The notes under the pieces are model-generated. The model did not search any database. It had not been told where the DNA came from and saw only the letters and a program-made list of their open reading frames with translations. From a virus (lineage: Duplodnaviria; Heunggongvirae; Uroviricota; Caudoviricetes; Crassvirales), in IMG/VR virus record IMGVR_UViG_3300042691_023995, positions 1 through 64,000 of that record: a stretch of 64,000 nucleotides of DNA; one strand, given 5' to 3'. The position numbers and the translations under genes were made by a program. Shown piece after piece: positions 29,143-41,000 of the stretch; position 1 is the stretch's first letter; the number at the start of each line of letters is the position of its first letter.

Positions 29143-32100
29143 ATGAAAAAACAGATGCTTAAAATCGCTGGTGTCAAGTCTGAGAAGGAGTTCTACAAGA
29201 AGTTTCCTACAGAAAAAGATTTTATGGCTAAGCATGGTAAAGCTTTCAAGAAAGCTCAAATCGGTTCATATATCGGTGGTGAATCAGATGCAGGTTTCCA
29301 ACCTGTTAACTTCCAAGAGATGTATGATGCTGTTGACTATGGTGTTACAGGATCTACAGATCAAATGCGTAAGGATGAACAGCTTAGACAAGCACAGATT
29401 AAAGCTGCCCAAGAGGAATCTGGCAAAGGAGGTGGTGGAGGACTTGGTAATATTGCCAATGTTCTTCAGAGCGAAGAGCTTATGACTGCCCTTAGTAGCG
29501 CAGCTGGTGCTGCTAGAAAAGGTAAGAAGATTAAGAAAGCACAGCCTGGAGAAGTGATTGAATCAGACACTCCTGGTGGAATGGGAAGACCTTTGCCTCC
29601 TGAGCTGAGACAAGATGAGTTTGATATAGAAGAGAAACCAGGAGGAGACTTTCTTAAACAAATATCTAAGTATGCAGGTCCTGCAGGTAAGATAGTTGAA
29701 GGTATTCAACAGTTGAAAGAAGAGAAGAAGGCTCTACAAAGAGCTCAGCAGATGCAGGGAGTGAGTGATGTTGTAAGACAAGCTGCTAATACACGCCCTG
29801 AAGAAACCAAACGTAGATATGTTCGTCCTGAGGATATTACAAATACAGGAGAGGAGTTCTTCCCAATATATGGCGTAGGTACAAATGTGCTTGCAAAAGA
29901 TGGAGCTTCTGTTGGTGGTGGAGAAATCATGAACACGTTTGCTCCTAATACACTTTACGATGATCTTGGATATGAACCTTTGAATGAGAGCGAAAGACTT
30001 AAGCAATTCTACTATGGTGGCAAAATGAGAACAGCTCAGACTGGTCTAGAAGCATTTGCTCAAGCTGGTGGAGGAGACATGGCTAGTCAACTAATTACTG
30101 GTATCACTGGTGAAAACGCTGGTGGTAACATCGGTGGAACTATTGGTAAGACAGCAGGAATGTTTTTTGGACCAGTTGGAAGTATGGTAGGTCAAGCAGC
30201 TGGTCAACTTATTGGATCTGCTTTAGATAGAAAACCACAACAAATTAAAAAGGCAAAAGAAGCTACACAGAGAAACATTAAAGCTACTGCTCTTCAATCA
30301 GGGTTCCAAGGTGGACAAGCACAATATACATCATTCATGCAGGATGGTGGTACAACATCTCCTTATGAGTGGGTTAGTCATACATGGCAACCTCAGGTGA
30401 TAGCTACCTTTGGAGAACACAAAGTGAGCCAATTGCTTAGACCTCCAAAGGATGCTGATATGCTCAGAGCTGGTGGTCATCTTAAAGAATACACTCCTCC
30501 TAGTGCAAGAGCTATGTCTACAGAAAGACCTAACTTCCAAATGGGTGGAGAGCTCCAAACACATTGGGGTGGATATGCTGAGCCTATGTCTCAGAATCCT
30601 TATTTACCTGGAACAGGAGAAACCGTTATGTTCAGAGGACAATCCCACGATGAGTCTGATGGAAGAGGAAATACAGGTATTGGTATCACCTATGGTGGTA
30701 ACCCTGTAGAGGTGGAGAGAGGTGAGCCTATGTTTGAATTGCAAGAAGGTGGTGAGATAGATCCTGCAACAGGAGAACCTAAAAAGTCAGGTGTTGTACT
30801 TGGTAATATCAAGATTACAAAAGCTTTTGCAGATATGCTAGGCGATACTAAAGCTGAAGGTATGAAGTTTAAGACTTATGGTGCTGATCTATCTAAACAA
30901 GAAAATAAACAGAACAAGTTGATTGAGAAGGCGTTAGATAGAATTGATAACATGAATGTTGAAACATCTATTGATAAGATTGCAGCTGACACTGCTATGA
31001 TAGATATATATGGTGGAAATGCTAAACTTAAAGACTTGGCAGATAAGAAAATAAACGCAGCCTCTCTTCAGAATGCTATTAATGATACAAAGGAAGAAGG
31101 ATTTCTAAAGATTACAGATAGAGGTGATGTAAGAGCTGAGAAGGGTGCTAAGATTCCAAAAGCCCAAACTGGTGAAGATGTTCCAAAAATAGACGAGAAA
31201 AGCTATGATTATCTAAAAGGTCTATATGAGTCTGCCAAACAAGAAGAGGGTAAAAAAGGTGGAGGTCCTGCTACCTTAAGATTCCAACAGGAATATCATA
31301 AGCTTGCAAAACCTTTTGCTGAAAGAATTATAGCCAGTGAACCTTTAACTAGATTTGGAAAGAAAAAGGGATATCCTGTCACTGATGTAAGAAGTAATGA
31401 AGATTCTATCTTTGGAAAGAGGACAAAACAATACATGGCTGCTCTAGATGAAGCTGAGAAACAAAAACCTGTTGTCCCTGTTGAAGAAGGTAAACCTGGT
31501 CCAAAAGTAGAACCTATAAAACCTGTTACAGAAAAAACAACTGAGGACACTATTGATGTGGAAGAGGATAAGACTAAGCGTAACTACTGGATGGATATAT
31601 TCAACCAGGTGGCTCCTTATCTGAGACCAAGTGATGTTGAAGACCTTGATCCTAACCAATTGGCTGGTGAGATGTATGCTCTTGCTACCAACCAGGTTCA
31701 GCCTGTGTATGCCCAGACATTCACTCCTCAGCTCACAGTTCCTTATGATATCTCTCTTCAGGACATTCTGAACGAAAACAGAGCAACTACAAGAGCACAA
31801 CAGAGACTTGTTGGATACAATCCTGCTCTGCAAAGTCAGCTTAGCGCACAAGAATACTCTGCTAATCAGAGAGTGCTTGGTGAGCAGTTCCGTATGAATC
31901 AAGCATTTAAGAACCAGATTTACAAAGAGAATAGGGATAAGCTTGACCAAGCAAACCTTGCAAATTTGCAAATCCTTGATACTCAGGCACAAAGACAAGC
32001 TGAGGCTTTGTCTAAGACCAAGGCTACCACACAGGCTGCTCTCAACTCTATTGCTAGCAAGTATGCTCAGAACAAGCTGGAGAACAGAACCTTGGCTACC

Positions 32101-32316
32101 TACGAGAATCTGTACAACTATCGCTACGATCCTAGATTCAGGGCTATCAATATGAACCCTCTGGCTCAGTTTAACATTCCCCAACTTGCAGATTACACTC
32201 CTGAGGAACTTCGTGCTATGGCTCTTCTTAGAGAAAAAGAGAGCAAAACCACCAAGAAATCCTCTGAGGAGAAGAAAAGAAATGGCGGTATTGCCAAAGC
32301 ATTTAAAAATCTCTAA
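29143..32316 (+). CDS. Gly-zipper / Lys-rich large internal protein (tape-measure-like or ejection protein), 1057 aa
   Basis: GGGGGLGNIANVL and ITGITGENAGGNIGGTIGKTAGMFFGPVGSMVGQAAGQLIGSAL (GxxxG zipper). Repeated KAQxGE motifs. C-terminal coiled coil. Confidence 0.5.
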   Translation: MKKQMLKIAGVKSEKEFYKKFPTEKDFMAKHGKAFKKAQIGSYIGGESDAGFQPVNFQEMYDAVDYGVTGSTDQMRKDEQLRQAQIKAAQEESGKGGGGGLGNIANVLQSEELMTALSSAAGAARKGKKIKKAQPGEVIESDTPGGMGRPLPPELRQDEFDIEEKPGGDFLKQISKYAGPAGKIVEGIQQLKEEKKALQRAQQMQGVSDVVRQAANTRPEETKRRYVRPEDITNTGEEFFPIYGVGTNVLAKDGASVGGGEIMNTFAPNTLYDDLGYEPLNESERLKQFYYGGKMRTAQTGLEAFAQAGGGDMASQLITGITGENAGGNIGGTIGKTAGMFFGPVGSMVGQAAGQLIGSALDRKPQQIKKAKEATQRNIKATALQSGFQGGQAQYTSFMQDGGTTSPYEWVSHTWQPQVIATFGEHKVSQLLRPPKDADMLRAGGHLKEYTPPSARAMSTERPNFQMGGELQTHWGGYAEPMSQNPYLPGTGETVMFRGQSHDESDGRGNTGIGITYGGNPVEVERGEPMFELQEGGEIDPATGEPKKSGVVLGNIKITKAFADMLGDTKAEGMKFKTYGADLSKQENKQNKLIEKALDRIDNMNVETSIDKIAADTAMIDIYGGNAKLKDLADKKINAASLQNAINDTKEEGFLKITDRGDVRAEKGAKIPKAQTGEDVPKIDEKSYDYLKGLYESAKQEEGKKGGGPATLRFQQEYHKLAKPFAERIIASEPLTRFGKKKGYPVTDVRSNEDSIFGKRTKQYMAALDEAEKQKPVVPVEEGKPGPKVEPIKPVTEKTTEDTIDVEEDKTKRNYWMDIFNQVAPYLRPSDVEDLDPNQLAGEMYALATNQVQPVYAQTFTPQLTVPYDISLQDILNENRATTRAQQRLVGYNPALQSQLSAQEYSANQRVLGEQFRMNQAFKNQIYKENRDKLDQANLANLQILDTQAQRQAEALSKTKATTQAALNSIASKYAQNKLENRTLATYENLYNYRYDPRFRAINMNPLAQFNIPQLADYTPEELRAMALLREKESKTTKKSSEEKKRNGGIAKAFKNL

Positions 32317-32380
32317 CTAATTCAGTTAGAGAGAATTACCAAAATCTGTTAGTGCTCTTGGAAATTATAATTCTTTCTAT

Positions 32381-32388
32381 TACATTTG
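32381..32388 (+). promoter_or_regulatory. -7 box tacatttg (TAnnTTTG) upstream of the giant-protein operon
   Basis: Perfect TAnnTTTG about 14 nt before ATG 32403, preceded by a hairpin tctctaac-taattca-gttagaga at the upstream stop. Confidence 0.4.
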
Positions 32389-32402
32389 TAACTTAATACT
32401 CT

Positions 32403-35066
32403 ATGGCCTCTTATACAGACATAATACCCCAGTTTAACCCCTATATCCAGCAGCTTCCTGTGGAGGCTATGGTGCAGGTGGGTATGGAGAAACAGAAGCG
32501 CTATGATGAGGGGGTCCAAAAGATTCAGTCTCAGATAGATAGTGTAGCTGGCTTGGACATATACCATCCTTCAGATAGAATGTATTTGCAGTCTAAACTG
32601 AATGAACTTGGTAACAATCTTAGAACTGTGGCCGCTGGTGATTTCTCCAACTATCAGCTTGTCAACTCTGTAGGAGGTATGACTACCCAGATTGTTAAAG
32701 ACAAAAATGTACAGAATGCTGTACGTTCTACACAACAGATTAGGAAGCAACAAACTTTGATGGACCAGGCTAGGGAGAAAGGTACCCTCCATAGAAACAA
32801 TGAGATTTTCTTCAACGACCAGGTGATCTCCTATCTGAATAACAATAAAGTGGGACAGGTATTTGGTGAGAACTATCAACCGTACACTGACTACCAGAAA
32901 AAGTGGTTGGAAGTCCAAAAGAGTCTTGGTATAAAGGAAACACAAACAGATCTTCCATTTGTAATGCAAGATGGTAAGATAGTCATTGACCCAAAGACCA
33001 AGAAGCCTATGGTCAATGATTACATGGTAAGGGAAACCTTCAAAGGTGTTGATGCTCAAAGACTTAAGGAAGCCATCATGGCAGCTATGGATGATAATGA
33101 CTATGCACAGATGAAGATTGATGCATATGTTAGCTACAAGGGATACACACCTGATATGCTTATTAAGGAAGCTGATAGCACTTATAGGTCTAACAAAGAG
33201 GAGTTGACAAAGACTATAGACAATCTAACCATCCTGAAAACTCAGAATGTTGGAAATCAACAGATGACCAAGGATATAGATGTTCAACTTGAACAATATA
33301 AAAAACAGCTGAAGAATACAGAAGATCAGTATAGAGATGTAATAGCAGGAATTCAGGCAAATCCTGAGGGATACAAACAGAAGCTATTTGCAATGAATTC
33401 TATAAACAACTTTGCTAATAGTTTCTCAAACATATCCCATATTCAAAATATTGTAGATAGTCCCATCAAAAAACAAATGAATGAGGACAGAGCCTACAAC
33501 TTCAAGGTGGTTGAGTTTAACACAAAGAATGCTCAGTGGCAGAAAGAGTTTGGTTTAAAAGTAGCTACAGAATCTAGACTTGCAAATAAAGAAGCATTTG
33601 ACCAAGCACTAGCCTTATATAAAGAAGGATTGGGTCCTAATCCTCTTGGTCCAACTACAGCTAAATATGTTGGAGCTCCTCCTACAGATAAAGAGATATT
33701 GGATGGAATGGTAGAAAGCTTTAAACAAGGAGCTGACATAGACCAACTGAATAATGACAAGAATGCATTAAAGGTGAATTGGGCAAAGAACCAGCCTTCT
33801 AAAGCAGACTATGCAAAACAGAAAGGAATAGATCTTAAAAACTATACAGACGCACAATATAGAGCTGATTTAGATAAACAATTCAACAGTGACTTAGCTG
33901 CATATAATTCAAACAAGAACTCTGTAGATGCTCCTACAAGAAAAATCCTTGGTCAGTATTCTGAGCTGGATAGATTGTATAAGCTTAAGGTTAATGCAAT
34001 AAATGATGCAACTGAAAAAGCAAACGCACTTCATCCTGAAGTGACTGAAGAGGCAAATAAGCTATCTAACAATAAGGTGAGCTTTTTGGATTATACATTT
34101 AAAGATGGAAAACCTGGAGTGTATAACATACTAACAAAAAGTGCAAGAGAGATATACGAAGATATTCAATCTGGAAAAGCCACATTAAGAGTGGACAAAG
34201 CTCCTGGAGGATATATTGTACTTAGATATCCTGGTTCAAATATTACATATGAAATATCTAAGAAAGGTGGATTCTTTGGTTCTGACAAGGTGGGAGGAAA
34301 ACAAACAAGAGAATTGCTTTTGTCTGTTCATGATACATACAACAGAGTAGGACAGTCTATTAAAAATAGAGATGCAGACTTTGCAAAAATACTTGGTGAA
34401 ACTATCAACTCTGTAGCTCCAGTATCATCATTGCTTCCAAAGGGAGCAACAAGCACTCTTCTACCTTTGATAGAGGATAAACTAGGAAGAGAGCAAAAAG
34501 GACAGACAGAGGAACTAGCTGGCTTTGTAAAAGGTAAGGATTTTAACTTTGACACTGTAAAAGAACTAGCTCTAAATCCTGACACTAAGGTGACTCATAC
34601 TACCTGGGGAGATAATGTATTCATTACAATGACTGGAATGCTAGGTAAAAATCTTGCAACTCAGAAGTTTAAGATTTCAAAGTCTGACTTTGCTACAATG
34701 TATCCAAATCTTGTTGACAATACAAATATGGATTTCTGGCAATCAGCAGCAGCAAATGGTAGCACCAACTACAAATATCACGTTGCTAAGAGCGCTTTGA
34801 TGAATCCAGATGATGCTTTCACTTCTGGCACTTACGATATTCCATCTAAGAAATACATAGTGAAGGGTGATATCTTCTTTGATCAAACTGACAAAAACAA
34901 CACCACCCCTGTTGTTTATGTAAAAAGTAAAAAGACAGGAAAGGTTGTTCCTATTCCTGGCGAGGTGTTTTCTACTTTTTCAGGTTCTGAAAAATCAATG
35001 TATCAAGTGAATGATCTGTTGATAGAGAACTACTTTAAAAATAATAATCTAGATGCCGATTTTTAA
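32403..35066 (+). CDS. large Lys/Gln/Asn-rich internal virion protein (887 aa)
   Basis: Complete ORF; its stop overlaps the start of the 3978-aa gene. Confidence 0.5.
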   Translation: MASYTDIIPQFNPYIQQLPVEAMVQVGMEKQKRYDEGVQKIQSQIDSVAGLDIYHPSDRMYLQSKLNELGNNLRTVAAGDFSNYQLVNSVGGMTTQIVKDKNVQNAVRSTQQIRKQQTLMDQAREKGTLHRNNEIFFNDQVISYLNNNKVGQVFGENYQPYTDYQKKWLEVQKSLGIKETQTDLPFVMQDGKIVIDPKTKKPMVNDYMVRETFKGVDAQRLKEAIMAAMDDNDYAQMKIDAYVSYKGYTPDMLIKEADSTYRSNKEELTKTIDNLTILKTQNVGNQQMTKDIDVQLEQYKKQLKNTEDQYRDVIAGIQANPEGYKQKLFAMNSINNFANSFSNISHIQNIVDSPIKKQMNEDRAYNFKVVEFNTKNAQWQKEFGLKVATESRLANKEAFDQALALYKEGLGPNPLGPTTAKYVGAPPTDKEILDGMVESFKQGADIDQLNNDKNALKVNWAKNQPSKADYAKQKGIDLKNYTDAQYRADLDKQFNSDLAAYNSNKNSVDAPTRKILGQYSELDRLYKLKVNAINDATEKANALHPEVTEEANKLSNNKVSFLDYTFKDGKPGVYNILTKSAREIYEDIQSGKATLRVDKAPGGYIVLRYPGSNITYEISKKGGFFGSDKVGGKQTRELLLSVHDTYNRVGQSIKNRDADFAKILGETINSVAPVSSLLPKGATSTLLPLIEDKLGREQKGQTEELAGFVKGKDFNFDTVKELALNPDTKVTHTTWGDNVFITMTGMLGKNLATQKFKISKSDFATMYPNLVDNTNMDFWQSAAANGSTNYKYHVAKSALMNPDDAFTSGTYDIPSKKYIVKGDIFFDQTDKNNTTPVVYVKSKKTGKVVPIPGEVFSTFSGSEKSMYQVNDLLIENYFKNNNLDADF

Positions 35067-38000
35067 TAAAGATTTACCAGCTTTTGATAAGCCACTTGAA
35101 GGATTTCCCAAAGAGCAAGAAGTCTATAAGGGAAAGGTGTTGCCTGACACCCTGCATCCTGCTGTCCCAAATCTAGATTCAGACTTTGGACAGGTGGGTA
35201 CTGGAGATGTTCAAGACCTATTCAGAATGAACTCTGTCCAATCAGGACCTATATTCGGATCTACAATAAGTGAGCTTTCTAGAAACAAGAGGTATGATTA
35301 TTATAAGCCAGGAACAAACTATGAAGATTTATATGCAAGAGTACAACCCTGGTACAAGCAGATTGGTAACGGTCTTGTAAAAGGGGGTGCCTTTATGGTG
35401 GGCACCTTTGCACAATCATTCAATAGTATTCCAGAAACAATAAACGCTGTAGCAAAAAAAGATTTATCTGAGCTTGCTGGAAAAGACTCTTATGTTAGTC
35501 CTATAGATGATTGGTATAGAAATCTAGAAGATCTCTATCCCAACTACTATTCAGACTATGAGAAAGCACATCCTTTTAAAAGCATCCTAGGTAGTGGCTT
35601 TGCTAACACCTTTGGAGACAAGTTTGTTAAGAACCTTGGATTCATGGGTGGTGCTATTGCTGGTGCTGTAGTGCAGGATTTTGCCATAGGTGCTCTTACA
35701 CAAGGACTTGGTGAAATTCCTTTGCTATCTAACCAGATAGGAAAAGCAGCTCTTTACATGAATAAAATCCTATCCTCAGAAAGCAGGGTGGGAAGAGCAT
35801 TGGGTGCTAGTGAAAAGGGTATACTTACATCGTTTCTAGATAGCGGTGTGCAAGCTGGTAGAACAGCTGAGCAGCTCAATAGAATGGAAACATTGGCTCA
35901 ATTGGCTGCTTCTAGAAAGATTAACAATCAGTTTAGATATGGACTTAATCTGTGGACATCTGCTCTCACTGAGGCAGGAATTGAGTCAAGAGATGGATAC
36001 AGAACATTGAAGACTGATCTGATTGATCAATACAAGCTTGACAACTATGGATTAGAACCCACTGGAAAAGACCTGAAAGATATTGAGGATATTGCTACAT
36101 CTGCTATGAATGCTAGGGAAATAGGAAACCTTGGCATCCTCCTTGTATCAAACGCTATACAGTTTGAAAACATATTAAGACCTTTCTCTTCAGCAAGAGT
36201 AGGTGTAACCTCTCCTATATTCCAGGAAATTGCTGGTAAGCGCATTGCTCTTCAAGATGGACTAATGGGTGGCTATTCAGAAATAGTGCCTAAGTCTACA
36301 TTTGGAAAGATAGTTAGAGACATCAAACCATATGCACCTGAACTGTTTACAGAAGGTGTGTTTGAAGAGGGTGGACAGTTTGCAATAGAAAGAGGTACGT
36401 ACGACTATTACAATAAGAAGTATTTTGATCAGAAAAATAACAAATCAAGAAACGACTTAGCTGAATTCATTGATTCTATAGGAACTGGACTAGTTGACCA
36501 ATTCAGAACAACAGCTGGTTGGGAGAACATGTTCCTAGGAGCTTTGACAGCAGGACTCACTGGTAAAGCAAAGAGTGTATATAGTAACATAAAAGGTACA
36601 GGATCAAAAGCTCAGATAGCTGCTGAGATTAACAATCTCAACTCTAGCCAGCTCATGGGTGTATTTGAGAACAACTTTGAAAATGCTGCTCAACAGCTTA
36701 AGGCTTCTAAAGACATGGAAGCTGCTGTTAAGAAGAGAGATATATTTGAATACAAGAATGCTCAGTTTAGAGCTTTGTTCTCTTGGGCAAATGCCAGAAT
36801 GCAGGGCAACAGATATGGTCTTCTAGAGGAAGAAATTAAACTTGCCAAAGAACTTCCTAATGAGCAATTCAAACAAATGTTTGGATTTGATGCTACGGCA
36901 GACAACAGACAGGTTGTAAATGCATACCTGTCATTGGTTCAAGAGGAAGCTAATAAGATTAAGAGAAACTACGACAAGATCAATGAGTTCTTTGTAAACC
37001 CTTACAAGTATATTAGAACTCCTAAGACTGATGAGGAAATAACTGAAAGCGAGAACTACAGGAAGTATGAGAACTATAAGACAGCAATGACTTATTTCCC
37101 ATCCTTGATTGATCATGCTGACAGAAGAACCGATGAGATACAGAAAGAACTGATTGACATCAATCCTCTATTGTCTGTAGATATAGTTAAGAAACTTGGT
37201 AGTGTTGACTCGCTATTAGACTTGGCTAAAGAATATGAGAAAGAGGCTACAACATCTCTTGGTCTAATTAGTGACATCACCACTCCTGAGGAAAGAAAGA
37301 AACTGGAGAGAAGAGCTAAGACACTTAGAAACCTAGCAGAAAAAATATATGGTGTTACAGACACCTACTATTTAGTAGCAAAAGATGAGATGTCTAAAGA
37401 TGTTCTTTCTAGGAAGGAAAATCTACCAGGCGACTATCTTAAGCTATTTGACAACCTAGTAAACTTTGAGATTAACGGAAGAGACCCTCTAAGAACTGAT
37501 AAGAACATCAAACATCCTCTGGATGTAGAAAAGGCTATCTCTCTAGCTGTAGATCTTAACAGACTGGCTGAGATGAAGAAAGATGCAGGAGATGCATTTG
37601 ATATTCTATCTAATCCTGAGAAAGGGTTTGACGAGTTTAACAAGGTGGATGAGAACAGACTTCCTCCTAAACATTCTCCTGAGTCAGAACTCACTCCTGG
37701 TAGAGAGTATGAAACTTCAAATCTTGGTAAGTATAGAACCAGGAAGATTGCTGATGGAAGATACCAAGTGATTAGTCCAGACAAGACTATTGTATCTACA
37801 CATCCTTCAAAAGAAGAAGCATCTGCCACTACTAAGTATTTGAATGAAAATCTAAGCAGCCTACTTAAGGTGACTGTGGTTAGAGATAATGGAGATGGCA
37901 CTATCAGAATCACTGACTCTAATGGTGACATTCAAGATATTCCTAAAGCAGATATATTAAAATACACTCCTCTTGAAACCCAAGAGGAAAAGATAGCTAA

Positions 38001-41000
38001 GCAGAAAGAGCAAATAGCTAATGAGCAGAAAGACCTAGAGGCAGATTCTGGAAACGTAAACACAGGAAACCCTGCAGAACCTTACGGTAAAGAAAGTGCT
38101 CTTCCTGATATAAAGATATTGTTCAGCTCAAGCACTACAGAATCTGAAGGTAGTGATGATCCTAACTGGCAGAAGAATGCTGCTCTGTCTCCTATTCACA
38201 TTAAGAATTCTAGAGAGTTTTTAAACAAGGCACAGGGTTTTGCTAATAGAGCAAACCTAAGAGCCATCCTTATCACTCCTCTATTGGAGAAAGCATATGG
38301 ATTAGAGGGACTCACTCAAATCTCCTATGGTGTCAGAAATGAGGACCTAGCAACACAAGAACAAAAAGACAAGTTCTTAAAAGACACTACAGATTTAAAC
38401 AATGGATTCATTGCCCAAGTGTTTGTAGAACAAGTAGGTAGTGATCTATACTTTATTGATAAAACTGGAAACAAACTTGGTAAGTTTGGAGAGCAATTAG
38501 ATGAAACCAAACTTGGTAATGTTGTTTTCCAGACAATGCGTAGAGCTGCTCTTAAAGATAGTCAGGGTGGTACAAAAGCAAGAAGTGGACAGGAGGAAGA
38601 AGCTAAAGTATATCTAGAAGCTTGGAAAAAAGAAAGAGCAAACATATTTGCTACAGATCCTAACGCCTCTCCTACAGTTTATGAGTTCAACATATCTAGA
38701 GGTATACCTATAGATGGTGATACTCCTAATCATGTAGCAGGCACACTGATTACATCTGATCCTAAGGAAGAAAGACAAGTTCTTAAGGGTCAATCAATTA
38801 TACAGATTCCAACAACCAAGACTATCACATTCAAAGGAAGAGCTATAAACTTCCCTAATGGCAGACCAGTTCTTGTATATGGTGACAATGTTGCCTTCTT
38901 GAACAATGTGAAGTTGGATGGCAAGAGAGCTCAGGTGATATATGCTGTTATTGAGAAGATGGCTAATGACATCACTCAGAGAGCTAATGCTGGAAAGAAG
39001 ATTGTATTCAGTAAGACAAAAGAAGCCAAGTTCCTGCAGAACATTCTCTATTGGAGAACAGGAGATACAAAAGAGGGTTCTAATCAGATAAACATTTCTG
39101 AGGATGGAACCACAATATCTTTTGCTGGTAAGTCATTCCCTATTGCTAAACTGGCTGAGAATAAGAAGGAATTAATTGAGGCCATCAGTAACTCCTACCA
39201 CAATACAAACAACAAGAGCTTGTCTGAGGAAATGTTCAGCAAGTCCTTTACAGAGTTCTACATTGAGAAGGGAGAACTCAAGTCTCGTGATTGGGCTAAC
39301 TACCAGTCCTACTTGTTGTCCTCTACATTCCCAGATGGATCTAAGAGAGCTGCAGCTGACACCCCTCTTACAACTAAAATAGCTATTCCTCTTTCTGAGA
39401 TTCCTTATACACATAAGCAGAAATACTCAACTCTTATAGGACTTGAGCTTCCTATTGGTGTAATAAACAAACCTGCTGCAGAAGCTAAAGAAACTGTTGT
39501 AGAAGCTCCTAAAGGTAAGTTTGATTACAACGGAACAAAAGAGAACACCACTCCTATTCTGAGCTTTGGTAATGTATCCTTCACTGTTAAGGAAGGAGAA
39601 GATCCTCAGTTCTTGGTAGACAGCGAGGAGTTTAAGAAGACACAAGATAACCTTGTTAAGAAACTAAGACAAAACTCCCCAGAGGCAGATGAGGAATCAT
39701 TGGTTAAACAAGCCAATGGTGTCATCCTCAGTGTTGTTAGAAAGGAAGTGGATAATGATCTAAAGACTGCTACAGTTGAGGAAGTTGTTCCCACTGCTGA
39801 GGAAGTAAAACCTACTGAGGAAGTAAAACCTGTTGAAGAGAAAAAAGAAGAAGAACCTAAGAAGACACAGTTTGATCCTAAGAAGACAAAGAAGAGAGGA
39901 AACCTATTCAGAGCTGTAAGTGAGACTGATGAGTCTGAGAGAATGACTGAGGCTGATATTGAAGCCTTTAAGAAATGGCATGCTGAGAAGGTACCTCAAA
40001 TCCCTTATGAGATTCTTGGACAGATGGTAACCATCAATCCTAATAGAAAGGCATGGGGTGTGTTTGAAAATGGTGTGGCTAAGTTTGTACGTGGTGGATT
40101 GAGAGCTACAGAATACCATGAGATATTTCATGGCATATGGAGAGGATTGCTAAACGCTGATGAAAGAGCTGCTATTGTAAAAGAGTTTAATGCTAAAGAG
40201 GGTAGCTTCAAAGACAGGCTTAGTGGTAAGACTATCAACTTTGCTGATGCTACAGAAGAGCAAGTGGAAGATAGACTAGCTGATGACTTCAGTGATTACA
40301 GAAAAGGTAAGCTTGCTGCTAGAACTTTAGGAGATGCTATCCGTGAGTTCTTCAAAAGAATCATGGATTTCTTCAAGTCCTTTGTAGCCAAACCTACATT
40401 AAAGGACCAACTGTTTGATAATATTGAGCAAGGTAGATTCAAAGATAGAGAGCTTGCACCTGAGGTTAAGAACCTAGGCCCAGCTTACAGAGCTGCAGAA
40501 GGTCTTAACGAACAGCAGACTAACGAGTTTGTTCAGGATATGACAGCCCTATCTTCTGCCATGATCTTTGGAAATGGAAAGATAGGTGCAATTGATAAGT
40601 CAGCCATCTATGATATTAGAAAGATAACCAGCAAGCAAGTGTTTGATGAGATTAAAAACATCTACACTGAGCAGGGCTGGATGGATCAACTTAGTGAAAA
40701 CACCTGGAATGATCTGGTTGAAAAGACTAAGCGCTCCCTAAAAGCCAACCTTAAGGTTTCCTTTAATGAGGAAGACTTGGTGAACATCAACGATGAGCAA
40801 AGTAATAACAGAGACTATGCTCCAGAACCATTCTCTACAGACTATAAGAAGTCTGCTCCTGTTGGAATAAAGTTCACATCTTCTACTATTCCTAAGACCA
40901 AAGCAATGAGTCAGGAGGGTAGAACATCTCTCACTCTTCCTGATCTAAAAGATACTAATAATCTTTATTCACTGGTTCCTTATGGACAAGTGTTCTCCAC

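Noticed and set aside
29734-32184. Minus-strand ORFs inside the 1057-aa gene (for example 31444..32184, 246 aa)
   Set aside because: Their composition is low-complexity and Leu/Ser-rich, typical of the antisense of a Lys/Glu-rich gene. There is no independent start context, and the region is fully covered by a strong + strand gene.
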